From: an uncultured Gammaproteobacteria bacterium
Lineage (GTDB): Bacteria > Patescibacteriota > Microgenomatia > Daviesbacterales > UBA10151
Assembly: GCA_964390595.1 (NCBI GenBank)
Contig: CAYMIA010000006.1
Location: 1-61,646, forward strand
Direction: 5' to 3'
Length of the DNA stretch: 61,646 bases
Shown here: in pieces, positions 9,534 through 17,265 of the stretch
Position numbering within the stretch: the stretch's first letter is position 1
Layout: the number at the start of each line of letters is the position of its first letter
The notes under the pieces: generated by a model
The model's input: only the letters and a program-made list of their open reading frames with translations
Told to the model about the DNA's origin: nothing
The model's database searches: none
Translations under genes and position numbers: made by a program

Positions 9534-11188
9534 TGGTTATTTTAGGAATATCCTGTTTTTATCACGAATCTGCAGCAGCAATTCTAAAAAATGGCCAGAT
9601 CCTGGCCGCATCAGCTGAAGAAAGATTCTCCAGAATCAAACACGACAGTAGTTTTCCTCGTCAATCGATCGATTTTTGCTTAAAACAGGCGGGTATCAAA
9701 TCCTCAGATTTAGACTATGTTGTTTTTTATGAAAAACCTTTTTTAAAGTTTGAGCGGAATTTAACTACTTCTGTCAAATATTTTCCCAGATCATATTCCT
9801 TGTTTGTTGATTCAATGAGAAACTTTTTAGCTGAAAAGTTATGGATTAAGTCAATTATCGCCAGCCAATTAAAGATCGCTCCATCAAAAATTCTCTTTGT
9901 GCCTCACCATCTATCTCACGCCGCATCCAGCTTTTATCCATCTCCTTTTGAAACTGCTGCTTTTCTGACACTAGATGGGGTGGGAGAGTGGACTAGCGGT
10001 AGTTGGGGGTTGGCCATAGGTCATAAGTTGAATCCAATTGGTGAAATTAAATTTCCTGATTCTGTTGGGCTAATGTATTCGACTTTTACCTCATTTTTGG
10101 GATTTACTGTCAACGACGGTGAATATAAAGTCATGGGTATGGCAGGCTACGGTCAGCCTAGGTTCATCTCTCAAATTAAAAAGCTCTATCACCAAAATAA
10201 GGATGGCACGATCAGGCTGAACTTAGACTACTTTTCTTTCCATTTAAGCTCACAAAAAATGTATTCAGAAAAATTTATTAAGGAGTTTGACCAGTTTAAT
10301 CAAGATCAACAATCCAGGTTTGATTTAGCTGCCAGCCTGCAAGAGGTCACATTAGAAATTGTCCTGAATATAGTTAATTTTATCTGGCGGCAAACCAAAC
10401 AAGATTATCTGGTCTTTGGCGGCGGCGTCGCCCTAAACAGCGTGATCAACGCTAAAATTATTCAGAATTCACCCTTTAAAGAGCTGTTTATCTTTCCAGC
10501 TGCTGGTGATGATGGTGGTGCAGTTGGGGCAGCATTGTATGTCTATCACCATGTCTTGGGGTATAAAAAAAGATCGCCTTTAAAGGATGCCTTCCTGGGT
10601 GCCCAATTCAAATATCAAAATTCAAAATTTAAGAAGCTGACTGACCAAAAATTAATTCAACTTGTCGCTTCAAAATTAGCTGATGGTCAGATAGTTGGCT
10701 GGTTTGAGGGCAGAGCTGAATTTGGCCCCAGAGCCTTGGGACACCGCTCAATTATTGCTGATCCCAGAAACCTGGCTATGAAAGATTACTTAAACTCCCA
10801 AATAAAACTGAGAGAAGAGTTCAGGCCTTTTGCTCCAGCTATTTTAGAGGAGTCTGCCAGTCAGTACTTCAGCTCACCCCAAACTAATCTAGCTAAATAT
10901 ATGCTAGGCACTTTTAAAGCAAAACCTAAGGCCTTAAAGTTAGCTCCAGCCACTGTCCATGTTGATGGAACATCCAGGATCCAGATCGTTGATAAAAACT
11001 ATCCCGGGCGGTTCCGGAAATTACTGGAGCATTTTTTTAAGTTAACTGGAGTGCCAATACTTTTAAACACCTCCTTTAATTTAAAAGGGGAGCCAATTGT
11101 TAATTCACCTGAAGATGCCTATCAAACTTTTCGGGAATCTAACATCGATATCCTAGTGATTGAAAACTATTTGATTGAAAAAGATTAG
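9533..11188 (+). CDS. Carbamoyltransferase, NodU/CmcH family
   Basis: ILGISCFYHESAAAILKNGQILAASAEERFSRIKHDSSFP, LFVPHHLSHAASSFY, GGVALNSV, GRAEFGPRALGHRSI and HVDGTSRIQ are hallmark motifs of this family. Confidence 0.9.
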   Translation: MVILGISCFYHESAAAILKNGQILAASAEERFSRIKHDSSFPRQSIDFCLKQAGIKSSDLDYVVFYEKPFLKFERNLTTSVKYFPRSYSLFVDSMRNFLAEKLWIKSIIASQLKIAPSKILFVPHHLSHAASSFYPSPFETAAFLTLDGVGEWTSGSWGLAIGHKLNPIGEIKFPDSVGLMYSTFTSFLGFTVNDGEYKVMGMAGYGQPRFISQIKKLYHQNKDGTIRLNLDYFSFHLSSQKMYSEKFIKEFDQFNQDQQSRFDLAASLQEVTLEIVLNIVNFIWRQTKQDYLVFGGGVALNSVINAKIIQNSPFKELFIFPAAGDDGGAVGAALYVYHHVLGYKKRSPLKDAFLGAQFKYQNSKFKKLTDQKLIQLVASKLADGQIVGWFEGRAEFGPRALGHRSIIADPRNLAMKDYLNSQIKLREEFRPFAPAILEESASQYFSSPQTNLAKYMLGTFKAKPKALKLAPATVHVDGTSRIQIVDKNYPGRFRKLLEHFFKLTGVPILLNTSFNLKGEPIVNSPEDAYQTFRESNIDILVIENYLIEKD

Positions 11189-11213
11189 ATCGGCAGTATA
11201 CTTAAAGCAAGCC

Positions 11214-11393
11214 ATGCAGTTTTTAACCAACCTAACCAGCCGTTTTTCTACAATTAAGGAGCTGCTGCATTTTTTTTGGGATCAAAAACTTTGGTGGATG
11301 ATCCCGTTTGTAGCGGTACTCGTTTTGACTGCCATTTTAATTATTTTTGCCCAATCTTCTCCAATTGCCCCGCTTCTGTATACAATTTTTTAA
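11214..11393 (+). CDS. Small membrane protein (DUF5989-like partner of carbamoyltransferases)
   Basis: IKELLHFFWDQKLWWMIPFVAVLVLTAILIIFAQSSPIAPLLYTIF matches the short protein I recall encoded after NodU-type carbamoyltransferases. ATG 11214 is preferred over the TTG at 11175, which overlaps the upstream gene. Confidence 0.55.
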   Translation: MQFLTNLTSRFSTIKELLHFFWDQKLWWMIPFVAVLVLTAILIIFAQSSPIAPLLYTIF

Positions 11394-11394
11394 G

Positions 11395-13320
11395 CTAGCT
11401 TGCTAAAAGCTCTCTTAGTTTAAGCTTGGCGTCACTATCAACAGTTTTTTGAAGGCCCTGCTGCCAGATCTCCTTAGCTTTAGAGATATCCTGACCCTGC
11501 TTTAAATAGAGCTGTCCCAGCCTAATATAGATTAACCCCCGGTCAGGTGCTAGTTTAAGAGCATTTTGGTAGAGATTAACAGCCTGCACCAGGTCTCCTT
11601 CTGAAGCAGCGATCTCAGCTAGATTCATATAAGGTGACTCATTGGTTGGATCAAGTCGAACTGCCTCTTCGAATTCCTGTTTAGCTTGATCAACTTGGTT
11701 CCGCTTGAGGTGGATAAAACCAATCGTATTCAGCGATTTAGCTGAAGGAGCTATCTCTTCCATCTTTAAATACTCAGGTAAAGCCTGATCCTCACTGGCT
11801 GGCAGATAAGGATCTTTATTAAACGGAGTAGCAAATTTAACTCCATAATTTTTAATCAATTGATCATTTTGACCATCTTTTTTGACAAATAGTTGGCTAT
11901 TATCATCCCAAAACACTAAACTCCAATTCAGATCAGCCTCTAAATTCCGCCCAACTTTGCGCAAAACCGAATGTTTTTGAGTGTTCATTAAAACATATGA
12001 GATATGGTACTTTTCCCAAAGCTGATTTAAAACCGCCTGAAACTTGTCATCTGGTAAATTTTTATTAACCGCCAGCTGCATAGCGTCTCTCATCTCGCAG
12101 CACAAATAGACATCTGTTCTGCCATCATAGAAAACTTTCTGCTCAGGATAGAGGTTATAAAGCAGGTAGCCTCCAAAACCATAATCATTAAACATATTGC
12201 CAGCAATTTTCTGCTCCTTGATAAATTTAGTCGCTTGAACTGGGTAGTAAGACCGGTCTGAAATCCGCTTTTGAGAGATAATCCACCCCAAAAATCCTAA
12301 AATCACGACTAAAGCAGTCATTAAAACTACCCGGTAGATTTTTTTGACTGGAAACTTAATATTAGCCAGTACCCAGCCTAAAATTATCGATAAAGAGATA
12401 TAACCTAAATAGCCATTTCTTGACGCTACATAAGCCAAGACAGGAAAGGGAAGCAGCGGTATTACCCAAAGATTTTTCGCCCAGCTTTTCCTCTTCCAGA
12501 CAATGATAATAAAGGGAATAACGATAGCCGCTGTAATTAAACTATAATAAAGTAAGCCCATCGGCTCAGCTGAAAGCGGTGCCCACTCATCAATAAACCT
12601 TGAGATAAACTCTCTTTGTTGAAAAAAGATCCAAAGCAGCTTGTACTGAGTGAACCCTAGAGGGGGTAGGATTGTCAGAATGGCACTAATTACCCCAAAA
12701 ACTCCCAACACCTTTGACTTACTGAGCCACTCCTTTTTTTTATCAATTAAGTAGTTAACCAAACAAATAAATGAATACCCAAAAAATAAGGCGGCATCTA
12801 GAAAAATTGAACCATGTAAATTAGCCCAAGCTAAAGTAATCGGCAGGCTAATCCAGAGCAGGTTTTTAGATTTAAAATAATAAGTCAAAATCAAAGCTAG
12901 ATTGGCGATTAAAAAAGTGTAGGCAAAGATATGTGGCCTGGCTGAGATAAATTCAAAAATTGAAGCAAAAAAGAAAAAACAAACTACTAAAGATAGTAAC
13001 GGCTTAAGTGATAGTAATTTCCGCAGTAAATAGTAGAAAATCAACAATTGGCCAGTAACAACTGCAGCTATTAAAAATTTGATAGCCTCAAATCCAAACC
13101 ACTGCTTAACTAAAAAGACAGTGACTTGAAACAACCATTCATAGGGAAACCAGGCCCGCCCAGAGGCGCTATGAGAGAATACATCGTAAAAAATGATCCC
13201 TTTTTGTAAAAAAACCTCGCCAGATTTTAAATGAAACCAGATATCAAAATCAGTTAAAGGCACAATGCTTAAAAGAAATATTGCTATAAAAAAAACTACT
13301 TCAACAACTCGGATTTTCAT
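11395..13320 (-). CDS. Polytopic membrane protein with C-terminal TPR repeats (PMT/TMTC-like GT-C candidate; paralog of 17246..19198)
   Basis: N-terminal multi-TM region with FHLKSGE and WANLHGS motifs. C-terminus is AKQEFEEAVRLDPTNESPYMNLAEIAASEGDLVQAVNLYQNALKLAPDRGLIYIRLGQLYLKQG, i.e. TPR repeats. Confidence 0.65.
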   Translation of the reverse strand: MKIRVVEVVFFIAIFLLSIVPLTDFDIWFHLKSGEVFLQKGIIFYDVFSHSASGRAWFPYEWLFQVTVFLVKQWFGFEAIKFLIAAVVTGQLLIFYYLLRKLLSLKPLLSLVVCFFFFASIFEFISARPHIFAYTFLIANLALILTYYFKSKNLLWISLPITLAWANLHGSIFLDAALFFGYSFICLVNYLIDKKKEWLSKSKVLGVFGVISAILTILPPLGFTQYKLLWIFFQQREFISRFIDEWAPLSAEPMGLLYYSLITAAIVIPFIIIVWKRKSWAKNLWVIPLLPFPVLAYVASRNGYLGYISLSIILGWVLANIKFPVKKIYRVVLMTALVVILGFLGWIISQKRISDRSYYPVQATKFIKEQKIAGNMFNDYGFGGYLLYNLYPEQKVFYDGRTDVYLCCEMRDAMQLAVNKNLPDDKFQAVLNQLWEKYHISYVLMNTQKHSVLRKVGRNLEADLNWSLVFWDDNSQLFVKKDGQNDQLIKNYGVKFATPFNKDPYLPASEDQALPEYLKMEEIAPSAKSLNTIGFIHLKRNQVDQAKQEFEEAVRLDPTNESPYMNLAEIAASEGDLVQAVNLYQNALKLAPDRGLIYIRLGQLYLKQGQDISKAKEIWQQGLQKTVDSDAKLKLRELLAS

Positions 13321-13338
13321 AATCTGTCAACCTTGGCC

Positions 13339-13394
13339 CACCTATGCATAGGTTAGTCAATATCTGGGTAATTTGTGCCTGATTATCTACCAAA
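13339..13394 (-). promoter_or_regulatory. Conserved 56-bp upstream element, copy B (palindrome CCTATGCATAGG at 13341-13352)
   Basis: Reverse complement matches 6784-6839 at 49/56 positions. It lies 19 nt upstream of the start of the 11395..13320 gene. Confidence 0.6.
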
Positions 13395-13440
13395 AAACCC
13401 TTAATGACAACTATCCCAATCTTAGCAGATCCGATAGCCA

Positions 13441-15456
13441 TCACAAAGTTTTTTTTAGCTTTAATAACGCTAAAGCATAAAATAGTGCGATAAAGACCCC
13501 TAACATCTGGTAACCAATTGCTAGCGCTGCATATTCAAACAACCCTCCCAAAACAGCACCAAGTAAATTTGAGGCCAAGCTTATATCAGATCTCTGAGAG
13601 TCCTTAAAAGTTTGCGAAAAGATTAAATTAGCTAAAAAAACTGGTGTAAAGTAGAAGATGCTAGCTAGGATCAGTTTAATTGGGAGAGTAAAGTTGGCAA
13701 AAAAGGCTGGAGGGACCAAAATATTTAGGATCAGCAGTCCAAATAGACCCAAAAATAGCCAGGATGTTTTGACTTTATACTTGATGCTAATTAAATTAGC
13801 CAGCAGCACAAACAGTAAAATAGCTGAAAAGACTAAAGAGTTTATCAGCCAAGTCGTGCCAAAAAGCAAACCAAAAGTGACCAGACTTTTGGTTTCCAGC
13901 AAAAGAAAACCAGCTCCTAAGAAGAAAAATCTAAAGTCCAGTTTGGCGCCTTTTTGCTTAAACTGAGTTAAGAAGATCAGTAGCACAGCTATAAAACCGA
14001 CAATAGCCATAAACTTGAGGTAGAAAAAAGGAATTGTTCGATTTTTTATGTACAGAAACGGCCAATCATCTTGAGCTGGTGGGAGTTTTTCCGTAGCGAT
14101 AAAAGGTTTCAACTGACCGCTCTTTTCTAAATCTAAAATCTTTGGCCCGGTCATGATAACAGCTGCTTTACCAACATCACCATAGCTTTTCATATAGGGA
14201 GGATAACCAAAAACCTCTTGGCTCATTAACGCCAATTTCTCTATTAACCAATTCTCCCGGTAGAAATTATATAAAACAAAGGCTCCGTCTCCAGTTAAAT
14301 GCTCTCTGGCCAGCCTGAAAGAATCTGTAGTATATAAAAAACTCTCCAAACGGATATTTGAGGTGTTCGCACTTAGAGTCAGCGAGTCAGTCAAGGCAAA
14401 GATAATTAGGTCATATTTTTGATTAGTTGTCTGTAAAAAATTCCGCCCGTCATTAATATGCACACTGACGCGTGGATCATCATAGGGATGATCAGGATTT
14501 AATTTTTTACCGAATTCATAAATTTTTGGATCGATCTCAACTGCGTCAATATGGCTGATATTCGGGTTAAAACCTAACGCGACCGCCACATCAATCCCAG
14601 AACCACCGCCAATAATCAGTACATTCTTGAAATCTGGCTGAAACTTTGACTGATAAGGCGCAAAATAAAAAGGGGTGTAATAGAGCGGAGAGCTAGTTTT
14701 ATAAGATCCAATATATTGGTGAACGATATTATTAGCATTTAAGGTATAAATTGGGTTATCCAAAAAGGCGTTATCTTGGCTAACAGTGATCTTGTAATAG
14801 GGAGACCAGGTCGTATTTTCGGCGGAAGTTAGCAGCACTACAAAAACCACTAAAGCTGCGGCAATCAAGCAAGCTATTAATTTAACCTGAGAGCCAATTT
14901 TATCGTATTGAATTCTTTGATCAGTAAGTATTAGACCAGAAAATACCAGGCTGACTATCAAAAACCAGAAGAATGGTGGAGCTGACAAAAAAGACAGGAC
15001 TGAAAATACCGCTATCCCAGCCAGTGACCCTAATATATCAATTGAGTAAGCAGCGAGTGGCTTAAACTTAGTAAATAACTGACCTAATAGGGTCGAGAGC
15101 GGTATGAAAGTTAAAGCTACCAGCAAAAATATGATGGGTAAAATATATTCAGTTTCAAGCACAGTCGTTTTCTCAATAACTGGCTTAAAAAAGATCGCAT
15201 CAGCAGAGCGGATATTAACATCGACCTTAAAATAGATCACTATCGCAGTTAAAACAAGCAGCATCAAAGGAAAGAAAAATAGCAGATTGAACCGGTGACG
15301 GCTCAGCAAAATACCCAGTCCCATGCCTAAAAAAGTTCCCAAAAGTATCAAATTAGAAAAATAACCAATCAGCCGGATATTTGCTGGGATAAAACGGATT
15401 AAAGCTAGCTCCAAAAAAAGAATTAAAAAACTGACTAGAAATAACCGGGCCTTCAT
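13441..15456 (-). CDS. Membrane-embedded spermidine synthase-like (SpeE-fold) protein
   Basis: A central soluble domain (VLIIGGGSGIDVAVAL...AVEIDPKIYEF...HINDGRNFL...YDLIIFALTDS, Rossmann/SpeE-like) is flanked by several TM helices on both sides. Start set to ATG 15456 (MKARLFLVSF...), which removes the overlap with the divergent 15520 gene. Confidence 0.65.
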   Translation of the reverse strand: MKARLFLVSFLILFLELALIRFIPANIRLIGYFSNLILLGTFLGMGLGILLSRHRFNLLFFFPLMLLVLTAIVIYFKVDVNIRSADAIFFKPVIEKTTVLETEYILPIIFLLVALTFIPLSTLLGQLFTKFKPLAAYSIDILGSLAGIAVFSVLSFLSAPPFFWFLIVSLVFSGLILTDQRIQYDKIGSQVKLIACLIAAALVVFVVLLTSAENTTWSPYYKITVSQDNAFLDNPIYTLNANNIVHQYIGSYKTSSPLYYTPFYFAPYQSKFQPDFKNVLIIGGGSGIDVAVALGFNPNISHIDAVEIDPKIYEFGKKLNPDHPYDDPRVSVHINDGRNFLQTTNQKYDLIIFALTDSLTLSANTSNIRLESFLYTTDSFRLAREHLTGDGAFVLYNFYRENWLIEKLALMSQEVFGYPPYMKSYGDVGKAAVIMTGPKILDLEKSGQLKPFIATEKLPPAQDDWPFLYIKNRTIPFFYLKFMAIVGFIAVLLIFLTQFKQKGAKLDFRFFFLGAGFLLLETKSLVTFGLLFGTTWLINSLVFSAILLFVLLANLISIKYKVKTSWLFLGLFGLLILNILVPPAFFANFTLPIKLILASIFYFTPVFLANLIFSQTFKDSQRSDISLASNLLGAVLGGLFEYAALAIGYQMLGVFIALFYALALLKLKKTL

Positions 15457-15463
15457 CAAATTA

Positions 15464-15472
15464 AATTTACCA
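15464..15472 (-). promoter_or_regulatory. Extended -10 box TGgTAAATT, 7 nt upstream of ATG 15456 (leaderless geometry)
   Basis: Read on the minus strand: TCTGGTAAATT-TAATTTG-ATG. Confidence 0.4.
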
Positions 15473-15506
15473 GATCTATGACTTATAAAGCATCTGTCAA
15501 AAAAAG

Positions 15507-15512
15507 TATACT
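15507..15512 (+). promoter_or_regulatory. -10 box TATACT, 7 nt upstream of ATG 15520
   Basis: aaaaagTATACTttaagaaATG, with no SD in between. Confidence 0.4.
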
Positions 15513-15519
15513 TTAAGAA

Positions 15520-17265
15520 ATGACCCGCTCGAAATTCAAGATTAATCAAACAATCCTAACTGGGTTAATATCAGCTTTCATACTCTCAATTATTTTCTTA
15601 AACAGCTTGATATTTAATCTGAATAAACCCTTAGCCCTCTCTCACGGCGATGTCTTTTTGGTTAATTTTATTCTTAACCATTATATGACTATTTTTTCCA
15701 CTGGAGATTTTAGCCATCTGGCTAATTTGGAGATGTTTTTTGGCTTCAGCAACTCACTCTTTTTTACCGATCATCACCTAATCCAAGCCTTGCTAGTGTT
15801 ACCGATCTTTGCGCTAACCAGAAATATAATCTTGTCATCTAATATCTTATTTGCTCTAACTTTACCTCTATCCTTCCTCAGCATGTTTCTGCTGGCCTTT
15901 TACCTGACCAAAAATAGGCTTTCCAGCATACTGGCAGGTCTGATCTTTGTTTTTAACCCTTTTACCGTGGCCAGGTTCCCAGATCATCTAATTTTATACT
16001 CTCTGATGTGGATTCCGCTGATCTTCTTATTCTTTGAAAAAAGCCTAAAAGTGCCAAATAGAACTAATATATTACTCTTTTTTCTAATGCTCAGTTGCCA
16101 GCTCTTATCTTCTTTATATTACAGCGCTTTTTTAAGCTTGCTGCTACCAATTTATCTGGTTATTAGAATCTATCAGACAAAATTTGATTTAAAACTATTG
16201 GCAAGCAAAAGCCTGCTGCTGGGCTTAGTCATATTTATCATGGTTGCCTCATTGTCGGCTTTTTTCTACCAAAGAACTTACACAACTTATCAAATAAACC
16301 GGGACCTTAATTCCTCACAAACTTACTCAGCTTGGCCATCAGACCTGCTTTTTGCTGGCCAAGAAAACCTAATTTATGGTGGCCTAAGGCAGGCAATAGG
16401 TAATCTCTGGCCTCAGTTTGTTTCGCCATATCTATCTTTGGAGAACAATTTCTTCTGGGGAGTTATCCCTTTGGTTTTATTTATTTTGGGATTCTTCATT
16501 TGGCCAAAATCGGACCAAGCTAAATTAGGCTGGCTGTTTTTAGGTTTAATCTTGCTAAGTTTGCTGATGTCCTTCGGTCCAAATATTCAGATCACAGACA
16601 GTGTGAGCGTCCCGGGGCCATACCGGTTAATCCATGCCATTAATCCATTATTTGGCTTTATTCGGGCGCCAGCCCGTTTTGGGGTCTTTGTTTTCTTCTT
16701 TTTAGCCTTGCTGATTGGGCTGACTTGGCAGAAATTTTCCTCCAAATTAAGCCCAAAATTAGCTTGGATTGTCGGTTTGACTGTACTTAGCTTAATTTGT
16801 GTTGAATACTTAAATAAACCACTAGAATTTACTGAAATTACCGTTCAAACCAAGGACTTCTATCAACAACTAGCCAAGCAAAACCAAATTAAAGTTATAG
16901 TTGATCTACCAATCGGCAACGAGCGCCCAGGGCCCTTATCCCGGGCAACCTATGAAGACTCACATTACTTATTACTCAGCCTCTTCCACCATAAAAAACT
17001 GCTCAATGGCTATTCAGGTTTTATCCCGGCGCAGTACTATGCCAGGGCAGATAAACTAACCATTAACTTTCCCACCAAAGCTAAATTAGCTCTCCTAAAA
17101 AGTTGGGGAGTGGATGGAATTGTTCTGCATCTTGATGAATACAAGCTGCCAGAACTTTATGATCAAACCCGCCAGAAGCTCAATCTCTTAAACGTCCCAG
17201 AGGTCCTTAAAACTGATAGTCTGGCTTTATTCGATCTAACTGGGTTTAGTGACTCAGATCATTGA
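15520..17265 (+). CDS. Polytopic membrane protein, GT-C-like candidate (paralog of 7599..9335)
   Basis: Collinear similarity to the 7599 protein: FNLNKPLALS, PDHLILYSLMWIPLIFLFFEKSLK, LLNGYSGFIPAQY, NFPTKAKLALLKSWGVDGIVLH. Confidence 0.6.
   Translation: MTRSKFKINQTILTGLISAFILSIIFLNSLIFNLNKPLALSHGDVFLVNFILNHYMTIFSTGDFSHLANLEMFFGFSNSLFFTDHHLIQALLVLPIFALTRNIILSSNILFALTLPLSFLSMFLLAFYLTKNRLSSILAGLIFVFNPFTVARFPDHLILYSLMWIPLIFLFFEKSLKVPNRTNILLFFLMLSCQLLSSLYYSAFLSLLLPIYLVIRIYQTKFDLKLLASKSLLLGLVIFIMVASLSAFFYQRTYTTYQINRDLNSSQTYSAWPSDLLFAGQENLIYGGLRQAIGNLWPQFVSPYLSLENNFFWGVIPLVLFILGFFIWPKSDQAKLGWLFLGLILLSLLMSFGPNIQITDSVSVPGPYRLIHAINPLFGFIRAPARFGVFVFFFLALLIGLTWQKFSSKLSPKLAWIVGLTVLSLICVEYLNKPLEFTEITVQTKDFYQQLAKQNQIKVIVDLPIGNERPGPLSRATYEDSHYLLLSLFHHKKLLNGYSGFIPAQYYARADKLTINFPTKAKLALLKSWGVDGIVLHLDEYKLPELYDQTRQKLNLLNVPEVLKTDSLALFDLTGFSDSDH

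Noticed and set aside
6784-13394. Transposon or invertible mobile cassette bounded by the 56-bp inverted repeats
   Set aside because: No transposase, integrase or invertase lies between or next to the repeats. Each repeat sits in promoter position relative to a gene, so a shared regulatory element is the simpler reading. Inversion is not excluded.
13658-13966. 102-aa ORF on the + strand inside the SpeE-like gene
   Set aside because: It is antisense to a TM-rich coding region. The product is Lys/Ser-rich low complexity with no start context.
15457-15549. 31-aa N-terminal extension of the SpeE-like membrane protein that overlaps the divergent 15520 gene
   Set aside because: An internal ATG at 15456 gives a typical MK+hydrophobic N-terminus. 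It has an extended -10 box 7 nt upstream and removes the divergent overlap.
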